A DNA stretch of 64,000 nucleotides. Source: an uncultured Rikenellaceae bacterium. GTDB taxonomy: Bacteria > Bacteroidota > Bacteroidia > Bacteroidales > VadinHA17. This document shows positions 35,885 through 46,400 of the stretch, piece after piece. Made by a program: the position numbers and the translations under genes. The DNA is taken from positions 8,385 through 72,384 of the forward strand of contig CAZRDX010000031.1 in NCBI GenBank assembly GCA_964599235.1, in the 5' to 3' direction. Below the pieces are notes generated by a model. The model saw only the letters and a list, made by a program, of their open reading frames with translations, made no database searches and was not told the origin of the DNA. Every line of letters starts with the position of its first letter. Positions within the stretch are counted from its first letter, which is position 1.

Positions 35885-38251
35885 TTATTTTACAACCGGT
35901 TCAAGTTCGCCGTTGAAAGTATACATAACTCCCGGTTCCGGATGCAGGAGGTAACGTTTTTCTCCGCTGATCAATGTTACCGGGACTTTTTTGTCAGCCT
36001 TGACAGCAATGATCACAGGTTTGTGGTCTTTCCATGTGATATTGACGGTATATCCTCCCCGGGCCCGTAATCCCCGGATGGTCCCGTGGTCCCAGGCAGA
36101 GGGGAGAGCAGGGAGGAGATGGATCTCGCCGTTCCATGATTGCAGCAACATGCCGGCAATGCCTGCTGTTCCGCCAAAATTACCGTCGATCTGGAAGGGG
36201 GGATGGGTATCGAAAAGATTGGGCAGGGTAGAGCGCCGGAACAGCAGGAGGAGATGGTGGTACGCCTCCTCGCCCATCTGCAGCCGGTCGTAGAAGTTGA
36301 TGATCCAGGCGCGGCTCCATCCAGTATGTCCTCCTCCGTGAGAGAGGCGTTTCTCGATGGTCTTCTTTGCCGCTTCGAACAGTTCGGGCTGAGCGGGAGT
36401 GATCTGATGCAGCGGATAGAGTGCCAGGAGATGAGAGATATGGCGATGTCCGGGCCATGGTTCCTCATAGTCTTTGATCCATTCCTGAAGAGTGCCATCG
36501 CTGCCGATACGCAGTGGAGGGAGCCTGTCGAGAGCCCGGATCAGGCTGTCCCGCAGGGGCTCTTCCCCGCCCAGCACCTCCATGGCCTGAAGACAATGAT
36601 CGAACAGGCCCCGTATGATCTCAATGTCCATGGTAGCAGCATAGGTGAGCTTGGCGATTTTTTTTGTTCCGGGAAGGTAATAGGCGTTCTCAGGTGAGCT
36701 GGAAGGTGCGGTGACCAGGAACCCTTCGGGGCCGGGAGTGAGAAAATCGAGCACGAAGCGGGCTGCTCCTTTCATCAGGGGCCAGGCGGTCTCCCGTAGC
36801 CAGAGGGTATCGAGGGTAAAAGCATAATGACGCCACAAGGGGAAGGTCATCCACGGGCCGTCCATGGGGGTCAGTCCCCACGGGCCGTCCATGGCTCCCG
36901 TACGTCCGAAAGCATCGGTAAGATGGTGGAGGGTCCATCCCCGGGCTCCATACATCACCCGGGCCGTCACCGTCCCGTGACGGGCTACCTGCCGGAGGAA
37001 ATGACCCAACGGCTCCACACACTCCGGCAGATGAACCACCTCGGCCGGCCAGTAATTCATCTGAAGATTGATGTTGGTATGGAAGTCGGAGTTCCAGGGC
37101 GCCTGGAAATGTTCGTTCCAGATTCCCTGCAGGTTGGCAGGCAGACGTCCCGGGGCGCGCGAACTGGCCATGAGGAGATACCTGCCGTAATGAAAGTAGA
37201 GCGCAGCAAAAGAAGGATCGTCCGCTCCTTCGCGGATCGCCTGCAGACGTCTGTCGGTGGGGAGCGTGTCCAGAGGTGTGGAGGGCAGGGTGAGCCTCAC
37301 CCGGTCAAAGAGCCCCGCATGGTCACTTACGTGCCGCCGGTACAGCTCGTCCCAGGAGCGCGAGGAAGCCCGTGCGAGGGTGTTCAGACACGCCTGCTCG
37401 GGATCGATGCGACGATCGAAATCCAGGGCCTCGGCATCATAGTCGGTATGCAGTGTGAGCAGGACGATCACCTCGTCCGCATCTTTCACGACGAGGGAGG
37501 TCCCGTCGTGAAGCACCGTTCCTTTATGCACCTTCACCTGAGCCATGCCGGCAAAACGCATATGTCTGCCTCCCGGGCCCCGCAGAGTGTCGGGCGGGTC
37601 AACGATCTGACCGGTCATCACCAGACGGTCTCCCTCGACGCGGGTGGCAGCATCACGGTCACGCTCCAGCAGAAAACGCCCTCCCACAACCCCTCCCAGG
37701 GCACGCATACGCATGACCAGCACATCGTCGGGAGCCGAAACGAAGATCTCACGCTCATAGGTGACCGGGCCACAACGGTAGACAACACGAGCAACCCCCT
37801 GCTCGAGAAGAAGCTCCCGTCGATAATCCGTCACAGGCGACAGCGTATCCTCGCTGAGAAAAAAAAGATCACCGGCGGTCTGGTAAGAGCGTATACGGGG
37901 TGGCGTTCCGAGGAAATATCTCTCAACCATTCGTGTGGCCTCTTCCCCCTTCTCTTCGAAGAGGAGCCTGCGCAGTTCGGGGAGATGTGCGAGCGCCTGA
38001 CGGTTGTTGTTGTCGAGAGGTTGTCCTGCCCAGACCGACTCTTCATTGAGCTGCAGACGTTCATGCCGGGGATCCCCAAAGACCATGGCTCCCATACGTC
38101 CGTTCCCCACAGGCAGAGCCTCATCCCAGACGGTGGCAGGCTGTTTGTACCACAACCGCATCGACGGCTGCTCCCGCAACAACCCTCTCCCTTCTGTTCC
38201 TACAGGAAAGAAGAAAAAAACCAAAAGAAAAAGAAAACACATCTTTTTCAT
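35885..38251 (-). CDS. Glycoside hydrolase family 95 (alpha-L-fucosidase type)
   Basis: Start moved to ATG 38251 (MKKMCFLFLLVFFFFPVGTEG). GH95 N-terminal signature LWYKQPATVWDEALPVGNGRMGAMVFGDPRHERLQLNEESVWAG. Also NLQGIWNEHFQAPWNSDFHTNINLQMNYWPAE. Confidence 0.9.
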   Translation of the reverse strand: MKKMCFLFLLVFFFFPVGTEGRGLLREQPSMRLWYKQPATVWDEALPVGNGRMGAMVFGDPRHERLQLNEESVWAGQPLDNNNRQALAHLPELRRLLFEEKGEEATRMVERYFLGTPPRIRSYQTAGDLFFLSEDTLSPVTDYRRELLLEQGVARVVYRCGPVTYEREIFVSAPDDVLVMRMRALGGVVGGRFLLERDRDAATRVEGDRLVMTGQIVDPPDTLRGPGGRHMRFAGMAQVKVHKGTVLHDGTSLVVKDADEVIVLLTLHTDYDAEALDFDRRIDPEQACLNTLARASSRSWDELYRRHVSDHAGLFDRVRLTLPSTPLDTLPTDRRLQAIREGADDPSFAALYFHYGRYLLMASSRAPGRLPANLQGIWNEHFQAPWNSDFHTNINLQMNYWPAEVVHLPECVEPLGHFLRQVARHGTVTARVMYGARGWTLHHLTDAFGRTGAMDGPWGLTPMDGPWMTFPLWRHYAFTLDTLWLRETAWPLMKGAARFVLDFLTPGPEGFLVTAPSSSPENAYYLPGTKKIAKLTYAATMDIEIIRGLFDHCLQAMEVLGGEEPLRDSLIRALDRLPPLRIGSDGTLQEWIKDYEEPWPGHRHISHLLALYPLHQITPAQPELFEAAKKTIEKRLSHGGGHTGWSRAWIINFYDRLQMGEEAYHHLLLLFRRSTLPNLFDTHPPFQIDGNFGGTAGIAGMLLQSWNGEIHLLPALPSAWDHGTIRGLRARGGYTVNITWKDHKPVIIAVKADKKVPVTLISGEKRYLLHPEPGVMYTFNGELEPVVK

Positions 38252-38372
38252 CACTGGCAATATTTCGTTTTCTAAAATAATCCTTTTCCCGATCAATACC
38301 CAGTGACCCCCCAAAAAATGGATCATCCTCCCGTACGAAATCGTCTCCACCGGCCGGATACCCGGGTCCTCT

Positions 38373-40466
38373 CTAACGCTTAATCACACCTTTTCCCACC
38401 TTTTCCCCATTGATCACCAAAGGAGGGTCGATCTGCCATGTCCCGGCATCCCTGTCGACGGTAACCACGGTACCATCAGCGAAGATGGTCTGTTCTTTTC
38501 TGAAGGTATCATCCAAGAAATGATGGTCGGTCATTTCCAGGAGCCCCACACGCTTCTGCAAGGTGGTCACGATCTTGAGGATCTCCAGATCGAACCTGGC
38601 ATCTATCTGCACATAGCCGGCATTGAGGATGCAGCGTAGCGGATCTTCAAAGCCGCCCGACTGGGTGATGATCGCATCATGGTAAACAAGGTTGTAGAGA
38701 GGCACCGGAACACATGCCCCTTCGTTGGCCACACTAGTATAGTCGACATACGGCACCACCCAGTCGGCTCCGTCCTCCGTACCCACAATACCGAGGTTGT
38801 TCCGTGCCCACGAGAACATCCGGGCACGATATCTCATACAATCCGTTCTTGTCAGAGGATGCTCGGGATTGAAATCCTCGGTGGGAGGTACGTAGCCCAT
38901 CACATCGAAAAAGATACCGTCCAGGTGGATCCCATGATTTTCGATCAGGGTATAGTTCTTGATCACATGCCCTACAGCATAGCGGGCATCCAGGTAAGCG
39001 TTGTCGCCTCCCGCCCAATAGTTCATGAAAGCCACCTTCCCTTCTTTCCAGTGTTTTTCAAAACGTGTACCGGGAAAAACCAGGGGGCGTCCCTCGGCGG
39101 CAGATTCATGGATGGCAAACCGGGGATCGAAAGAGTGGGCACGGCGGTAATAATCGCGGTACTGGTCATCGTTGACACAGGTATATCCGAGCTCATGGCA
39201 GGTTCTGACGTACCTCCGGTAACCTTTCCATCCTCCGGCCTCGGGTGCCGGCGGTAATGGGTCGGGATGGCCCACATCGTAGCCCCCGTACGTCCAGCCG
39301 CACATCACCACATGGATATTTTCGACGCCCATGTTTTTCAGTTCCAGCAATTGTCCGGCCAGTTCGTCGAAGGTCATCACGCTCGCGCCACTGTCTCCTT
39401 GCGGTCTTTGATGGCGACTTTTGTACATATCGTACGAGAGAGCCGGGATGGCGGTGAAGGTACGGGTCTGTATCTTGACATAGGGCCGCAGATGGGCCGC
39501 ACCGATCAGACGGGCTACCCCGGGCTGACGGACGATCTTCTCTCTCAGCGAAACGAACTGTCCAATATCCTTTACATATTTTCGATACCGTTTGGCCAGG
39601 GAAACATAATTCCCATCCGCAAGAAAATCCATCCTTATCCTGCGGGGATAACGGAAACGGCCGAGCGAAGCATACCAACGAGGTCCGATGACCGTAGGGC
39701 CGCCGGCGGGATGTTCAAAACGATAACCTGCATCATCCGGCGTCTCTACGATCATGATCAGAGAAGAGGAACCTGCCTTGAACCCCCACCACGACATCGA
39801 CCAGCATTCGATATGGTTGGCCTGGATGAGACTGATTGTATCTCCCGTGACATTGTTCTCTCCCAGTCCGGGTACATATCTGAAAGGATGATAGTCATGA
39901 GGCCAATGACGGGGGATCAGATTGCCCCGTCCCGTAGGGATCAGCGTATAATCGACATCCTCTGCCTGCAGCGGTCCGGGCCAGTCCAGTTGTTCCACAG
40001 CATCTTTCCCCTCAATGACCATGATTTCGCAGACCACCTCCTCACGTTCCCCTTCCAGACAGAGATCCATCACCACTACCGGGTCGAAGGAGCCCCCTGC
40101 CGGATCGCCGAACCCTTTCAAGGTCACCCTCACACCCTTCATGTAACCTGTGCTGTATGTTTCCACACTTTTCTGCCCGGCCCCGGCCAGAGATCCCCGC
40201 CAGATCCTCCCTCCGTGGCGGACAAGGATATCTCCGGAGGAGGAAGGAGCCATCTTCCAGACTACCCTTCCATCATCCACCGCCATGGTAAGATCTTTTT
40301 CATGATAGAGGATTTTGTGCCTTTTCCCCCGGATGAGCCAGGTGTCCCCGGATCGTTTGACCTCCACCACGGGGCCTCCCCACTCCTCAGGAGAGGGCTC
40401 CTGTGCCGAAGATATCAACGGCATACAAAAGGAAAGAATCAGAAGGAGCCAGTGAATCCGTACCAT
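38373..40466 (-). CDS. Secreted putative glycoside hydrolase, family unassigned
   Basis: ATG at 40466. Signal peptide LLLILSFCMPLISSAQ. Barrel-like central region (IHVVMCGWTYGGYDVGHPD..., GIHLDGIFFDVMGYVP..., GIVGTEDGADWVVPYVDY). Sits between the ECF sigma gene and GH95 inside the PUL. The family is not recognised. Confidence 0.65.
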   Translation of the reverse strand: MVRIHWLLLILSFCMPLISSAQEPSPEEWGGPVVEVKRSGDTWLIRGKRHKILYHEKDLTMAVDDGRVVWKMAPSSSGDILVRHGGRIWRGSLAGAGQKSVETYSTGYMKGVRVTLKGFGDPAGGSFDPVVVMDLCLEGEREEVVCEIMVIEGKDAVEQLDWPGPLQAEDVDYTLIPTGRGNLIPRHWPHDYHPFRYVPGLGENNVTGDTISLIQANHIECWSMSWWGFKAGSSSLIMIVETPDDAGYRFEHPAGGPTVIGPRWYASLGRFRYPRRIRMDFLADGNYVSLAKRYRKYVKDIGQFVSLREKIVRQPGVARLIGAAHLRPYVKIQTRTFTAIPALSYDMYKSRHQRPQGDSGASVMTFDELAGQLLELKNMGVENIHVVMCGWTYGGYDVGHPDPLPPAPEAGGWKGYRRYVRTCHELGYTCVNDDQYRDYYRRAHSFDPRFAIHESAAEGRPLVFPGTRFEKHWKEGKVAFMNYWAGGDNAYLDARYAVGHVIKNYTLIENHGIHLDGIFFDVMGYVPPTEDFNPEHPLTRTDCMRYRARMFSWARNNLGIVGTEDGADWVVPYVDYTSVANEGACVPVPLYNLVYHDAIITQSGGFEDPLRCILNAGYVQIDARFDLEILKIVTTLQKRVGLLEMTDHHFLDDTFRKEQTIFADGTVVTVDRDAGTWQIDPPLVINGEKVGKGVIKR

Positions 40467-40807
40467 AGAAAAAAAGATGATCCCAAGCGTATCAGGTTGC
40501 CATCATTTTTAGTACGTCCCCGACAGGTAGCACCACTATCGTTCCTTTTCCGGCTCCACATTCCGGACCGTGGGCAGGTTCACCGGAAGGGGATCACCCT
40601 GATCACGTAAGAAACGATCTTCCCGGCAGGAGATCTGCCGCCAGACATAGCGAAGACAGCGTGCATTGTTTTCCGACCTTTTCAGCAATCACGGGAGGAA
40701 CACGGAATCACCCCAGAGGAGGTCATCCTATTCTTCCAACCACTTAGGAAGAGAAGAGTTCTTCGTTCGATACCTTTCCTCTTTCCTTCGGGGCTCATGC
40801 CGTCTTT

Positions 40808-41392
40808 TCAGAGAAAAAGATAACAATACAGCATCAGCATGAGGGAAAGGTCGCAGAGATGATCTCGCAGAAAGCGCAAGGCTTTCACCATGTGGTTTTC
40901 CACCGTGTTAACCGAGATCCCCAGCCGTTCGGCGATCTCTTTGTACGACAGTCCCTCTTCCCGGCTCAACAGGAAGATCTCCCGTTGTCGTACCGGCAAC
41001 TCCTCAATGGTACGTTTCACCTTTTCCTCCAGCTCGGCGTATTCCATCTCCATCCCCGGGGTACGTCCATCCACCGGCTGCTGAAGCTCCTTGACACTGT
41101 TCAGCCATGCATTCTCCCGCACCCTCTTACGTATCAGAGAAATGGAAGTATTGTATGTGATCGTGAAAAGGTAGGAACGGAACGAAAGATGCTCCCTTAG
41201 TCGTTCACGTTTTTCCCACACCCTGAAAAAGACCTCCTGCACGATCTCCTCTGCATCTTCCCGGTTCTTCAACAGGGAAATCGCAAAGCGGAACACCCTT
41301 TTGCTGTAAAGCCGGTAAACGGTATCAAAGGCCGACATATCGTCCGCCCGTAAACGTTTGACCAGCTCTTTGTCTTGTATCTCCCTGGACAC
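40808..41392 (-). CDS. ECF-type RNA polymerase sigma-70 factor
   Basis: GTG start at 41392, directly preceded by AGGAGG; the first in-frame ATG would delete region 2. Sigma region 2 (FDTVYRLYSKRVFRFAISLLKNREDAEEIVQEVFFRVWEKR) and region 4 (LPVRQREIFLLSREEGLSYKEIAERLGISVNTVENHMVKALRFLR). Confidence 0.88.
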   Translation of the reverse strand: MSREIQDKELVKRLRADDMSAFDTVYRLYSKRVFRFAISLLKNREDAEEIVQEVFFRVWEKRERLREHLSFRSYLFTITYNTSISLIRKRVRENAWLNSVKELQQPVDGRTPGMEMEYAELEEKVKRTIEELPVRQREIFLLSREEGLSYKEIAERLGISVNTVENHMVKALRFLRDHLCDLSLMLMLYCYLFL

Positions 41393-41441
41393 CTCCTGTT
41401 GCCTCTTCTTTTTTAAGAAGTTCCGCCGTTTTAGAGCTTAA

Positions 41442-41449
41442 CAAAGATA
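41442..41449 (-). promoter_or_regulatory. Candidate Bacteroidota -7 promoter box (TAnnTTTG) for the ECF sigma gene
   Basis: The minus strand reads TATCTTTG, a perfect match to TAnnTTTG. It lies 51 nt upstream of the GTG start, in an AT-rich spacer downstream of the susD terminator. This is a single short motif, so a chance match is possible. Confidence 0.3.
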
Positions 41450-41653
41450 ACCTGAAAAAAGATATTTCCTTCTTCAAATGTATTTTTTTACGTTCCTTCC
41501 GGAACTTCCTTTCCATAGCGGATAATTTTTCCGGAACAGGGTCATACAGAAACAAAAAGAAAACCCGGCCTGTAACAACATAATCGTACGGGAGTCCTCT
41601 CCTGCACTTAAGATGGTCATCCGGTATTTTTCGTGATTGCAATTTCAGGCGGA

Positions 41654-41688
41654 ACAAAAAAGAACCGGACCGATCGGTCCGGTTCTTC
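41654..41688 (-). terminator. Rho-independent terminator downstream of susD-like gene
   Basis: Perfect 24-nt palindrome GAACCGGACCGATCGGTCCGGTTC (41662..41685), about 25 nt after the TGA at 41711-41713. It is followed on the minus strand by TTTTTTG. Confidence 0.8.
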
Positions 41689-41710
41689 CTGTTTCCGCTG
41701 AATGTCCCCG

Positions 41711-43414
41711 TCATTGGTTATAACCAGGATTCTGATCCGCTTCGGTCAAGGCATCATTTCTGTCGATCTCATTTTGTGGGATGGGCCACAGACCCGGTCC
41801 GGGAGTTCCGTAAGGAATATCCCATTTGGCCTCGTTATCATCAGACAGAAATTTATAATAGAAATGACGGGGTATCTCATGGTTCTGTCCTCTTTGCTTG
41901 TAGGTTTTGAGCAATCCCCAGCGGGCCATGTCGAACAGCCGGAAACCTTCCATGGCCAGTTCAACCCTTCTCTCATGACGAACGATATCAATCAGACTAC
42001 CGTCACCGGGTAAGTTATCACCCAGGGAGCGAGGAGGCAGGTTCACGTCTTCACGTGCACGAACCATGTTCACATACTTCAGGGCATTCCCTTCATCGCC
42101 CAGTTCGGCATAAGCTTCTGCAGCAAGCAGATAGAGCTCCGCCAGACGCGAAAGGATGATGTCCTGTCCGCATTGTGCCCAGCTCATGTCGGTGTTGTTC
42201 TCCGTTTTCTTGGTATTCATCCCCGAAGGAGACCATTTATAATTATAAAAGACCGAGTCGCCGTCGTGATATACTTTCGTCGTATGGAGCGTGTCACCTG
42301 TATTTTCATCGATATACCAGTAATCGATCGGATCGGTATCCGGACCATGATAAATACCGTAAAACTCGCCCGGATACCAGATGGAATATTCTCTTCTGGG
42401 ATCATTGGGTTCGTATTCATCATACAGGTCTCGCTGAGGCAATGCATAACCCCAGCCACTGCCATGGATCTTTCTAAAAGGTCCATCAATGTCGCGGACG
42501 GTTCTCACCCACGGGTTGGTATTTCCGTAACCCGGTTCAGCCTCTGCAAACTCTACAGCCCAGATCGTTCCGGGATAAGGTTCGTTAGCTGTACGCCAGA
42601 AACCTTCATATTTACCCAACACAATTCCCTGATCTGCAGCTACGGCCACGGCATTCTCAGCAGCATCCCGTGCTTTTCTGAAGTATTCATCGGGATCGCC
42701 CGTACCGTCCCCATACTTGATATAATCGGCATAATAGAGATATTCCCGTGCCAGGAAGGTGATGGCGGCAGCTTTCGTGGGCGCTCCTTCATAATCCGGC
42801 CAGCTCTCGGGAAGATTTTCGGCGGCATATTCGAGGTCTTCAAAGATCTGGGCATATATCTGATCGACCGTTGACTTAGGCTGATAATATTCTTCCCTCG
42901 TCTTGAGCATTTTTGTGATCAGCGGGGCTTCACCCCAAAGCATCACGATGTTGGAATAAGCCCAGGCCCGAAGAAACCGTGCCACCGCCAGGGCCGGTTT
43001 CTGAGCTTCCGCATCATAGGTGGGATCGGTGGATGTCGGTATCCCCTCCAAGGCATAATTGCTACTGGCAATACATTTATAGTATCCGTCCCAGTATTTG
43101 TAAAATATGGAGTATGTCGGGGGAGAAGCCCATCCATACCAGGAAGCCCTATTGGCACGGGAATACTCATCATCTGTCAACAAGTCGAAATTATTGATGT
43201 AATGTCCTCCCCTCATGGCAACTGCACCACTCAGGTGGAACTGTATACGGCTAATACCGGCCAGAGCAGCCCGCATGGCGGTCTGTTCGTCAACGAAGAA
43301 ATTACCAGGGCTGGGTGTATCCTTGGGGTACCTGTCCAGAAAATCATTTGAACAGCCCACACCCACCAGGGTAACCACTACGGCAACAATGAATGTTTTA
43401 TATAATCTTTTCAT
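41711..43414 (-). CDS. RagB/SusD family nutrient-uptake outer membrane lipoprotein
   Basis: ATG at 43414. Lipobox VTLVGVGCSNDFLD. Typical SusD N-terminal and C-terminal patterns (RAWAYSNIVMLWGEAPL, RVELAMEGFRLFDMARWG). Lies 24 nt after the SusC-like gene. Confidence 0.92.
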   Translation of the reverse strand: MKRLYKTFIVAVVVTLVGVGCSNDFLDRYPKDTPSPGNFFVDEQTAMRAALAGISRIQFHLSGAVAMRGGHYINNFDLLTDDEYSRANRASWYGWASPPTYSIFYKYWDGYYKCIASSNYALEGIPTSTDPTYDAEAQKPALAVARFLRAWAYSNIVMLWGEAPLITKMLKTREEYYQPKSTVDQIYAQIFEDLEYAAENLPESWPDYEGAPTKAAAITFLAREYLYYADYIKYGDGTGDPDEYFRKARDAAENAVAVAADQGIVLGKYEGFWRTANEPYPGTIWAVEFAEAEPGYGNTNPWVRTVRDIDGPFRKIHGSGWGYALPQRDLYDEYEPNDPRREYSIWYPGEFYGIYHGPDTDPIDYWYIDENTGDTLHTTKVYHDGDSVFYNYKWSPSGMNTKKTENNTDMSWAQCGQDIILSRLAELYLLAAEAYAELGDEGNALKYVNMVRAREDVNLPPRSLGDNLPGDGSLIDIVRHERRVELAMEGFRLFDMARWGLLKTYKQRGQNHEIPRHFYYKFLSDDNEAKWDIPYGTPGPGLWPIPQNEIDRNDALTEADQNPGYNQ

Positions 43415-43438
43415 GATCTGTAGATTTAATGCCTGTTA

Positions 43439-46400
43439 TTAAAATATAGCTTTTATACCCACAATAACCGTTCTGGGAAGGGGGATGCCGATAAGGGGAT
43501 CCCTTCGTGTATCCACCTCAGCCAGCGGGAATTTGGTGAAAGTATACAGGTTCTCTGCACTCACGTACAGGTTGAGGTCTTTCACAGCGTTCACTTCCTT
43601 CAGCATATCGCGGAAACTGTAGCTGAGGCTGATCGTCTGGATCCTCAGATAGGAAGCATCCCGCAGCCAGAAAGTTGAGACCTGATCATTTTTACCGCTG
43701 TTTTTCTTATCCAGGCGGGGCAGGGTCCCGTTGGGATTGCGGGTGGGATGATACCTGTTGAGCAGATCCGCCACATCATTCTTGGCCCATGAGTAGAAGT
43801 AGTTGTATGCATGATTGGCCACATATTTATCAACATCCTGAACGCCGTTGAGCTGGATCTGGAAAGAAAATCCCCTGTAGTTCACCTTACCGACAACGCC
43901 GTAATAGAACCTGGGGTACCGACGGCCAATGATCCCCCGGTCTTTGGGAGTAATCACCGAATCTCCGTCCATATCCACCAGATGGATATCGCCGATATCC
44001 TTGCCTTTCCACTGGCCCGTTTTCTGTTCCTCATCCAGGATCAGACCGTCAGAAGTGTAACCGTAGAAAGAACGAACAGGATAACCTTCTTTAAGCCCCT
44101 GCGTTTCGAGGTTCTGTCCTGCCAGGTCCACCACTTCGTTCTTTACGTGGGTCAGGTTGGCACTGACATCGAAATGCCAGTCACCCGCAGTCTTCCTCCA
44201 ACCCAGCATCATCTCGATACCGGTATTTTTGACCTCGCCAGCGTTAATGGTCGGACTTCCGCTCACATAAGGGAAGGTGGATCCATAACCGGTGGTATAG
44301 GGCAGAGCCAGGCTGAACAACAAATCGTGTGTGATCTCCCGGAAATAGTCAAAGGTAAAATAGAGAGAATTGTGAAGGAGAGTACCGTCGACCCCCACGT
44401 CCAGTTTGTCGGTCACCTCCCATTTCAGGTCGGAGTTGATAGCTCTCATCAGGGTATACCCGGCAAAAGGAGACTGGTTCACCACCAGCTTCACTTGATT
44501 GAGGGTGGCCACCGTACCATAAGTTGAGAGGCTGAGTACATTCCCCAGGGAACCATAGCTGGCCCGAACTTTCAGATCGTTGACCCATCCAACTCCCTGC
44601 ATGAAACCTTCATTGCTAAGTCTCCAGGCAGCAGAGACTGAGGGGAAAACACCATACCTGTGGCCAGCGGCCAACCTGGATGACCCGTCCCTGCGGATCG
44701 TCCCGGTAACCAGATACTTGTCTTTGAATGAATAATGAAGCCTGGCAAACTGGGAAATAAAAGCCCAGTCGTTGTACGAATCATCGTTGGTCTGCGTATT
44801 AGGGTCACCCGCACCCAAATAAGGAATATCGTTGTTGGGTGTGCCTTCCCGTCCGCCACTCAATGATTCAAAAACATTTTCCTCAGCCGAATACCCTGCC
44901 ATCAGTTTGATACGATGCAGATCGTTAAAATTATGCTCATAATTCAGCAACAGGTCGGTGCTCCACCACTGTGACTCACTCCGCGACTTCTGGATGCTGT
45001 TGATGGTACTTCCTTCCCAGTTCCAGGCAGGGTTGGTAGCAGCTGTAAAAGTAACCGTGTTCCCAAAAGACCTGGAGATATTGCCTCGTGCGGTGAAATC
45101 CAGATCTTTCAGGATATGGAGGGTGAGGTAAACGTTCCCCCGCACACTCGTCCCTTTATTGTAGTCCGGCACACAGGCTTCCGCCCTCCATACAGGGTTG
45201 GGATGCATGTGTTCCATGGTGGTGTTCCGGATGACTCCCCAGCTGCCATCATCTTCATAGACACGTGTTATAGGGACTTTGGCCATGAAAAGTGCATAGT
45301 TCACATGGTTGCCATCAGTACGGCTGGAACTGATCATCAAAGAGTTTCCAAAATCGAACAACTTGCCGATCCGGTGATCGGAATTGAAGGTAATGTTGAA
45401 CTTCTTGTATGCTGTTGACAGAACCATTCCTTTGTTATAGTAATAAGAGGTGGAGAAATAGTAGTTAGAGTTTTCCGATCCTCCGGAGATGGAAAGGTCA
45501 TGACGCTGGACATTGCCTGTACGGGTGAGTGCAGCATACCAGTCGGTGTTGACGGCATTATCCAAGGGCACATAAGAACCTTTTCCCTGGCCATTGGGGG
45601 CATTGGGATCCCACCGGTAACCGTAGTTCTGTTCGATGAACTCCTCACTGGGGAACTGGCTCTCCACAAGTCCTGCCGTTTCGAAGGCTTCCCGGTAGAG
45701 GTTGATCCACTGCAGACCGTTGAGCAGTTTGGGTTGCAGGTTATTGGTTCCCTGCCAACCAAAGTAGGCGTTATAAGAAAGAGTGGGAGCTTTTCCTTTT
45801 TTCCCTCTTTTGGTGGTGACCAGGATCACCCCGTTTGCGGCACGGGCACCATAGATAGCAGCGGCAGAAGCATCTTTCAGTACGGAAACCGATTCGAAAT
45901 CATCCTGATTGAGGCCGTCGATGCTGCTCATGATGACACCGTCCACTACATAAATGGGGGAGTTGGTGCCACGTATCGACTGGATCCCACGAATGGTTAT
46001 TGTGTTTCCTGCACCAGGTCTTCCGGAATTACTGACCACAGAGAGACCGGCCACACGCCCCTGCAGGGCTTTCATGGGATTGGAGAAAGGCATGTTCTCC
46101 ATGTCGCTGGTCTTCACTGTCGAAACGGCACCGGTCAGGTCTTTCTTAATCGTCGTACCATATCCGATGGTCACCACCTCATCCAGGCTGAGTACTTCCT
46201 GTTGCATGACCACATCAATGGTCGTTCTTCCGGCCACAGGGATCTCCTGTTCTTTCATCCCAACAAAAGAAAATACCAGCGTGGCATCGGGAGGAACGGT
46301 AATAGTATATTTCCCCTCGGAATCCGTGATGGTTCCCTGGGTTGTTCCCTTCACATAGATGGTCACTCCCGGCAAAGGATTCCCGCTCTCATCCGTTACA

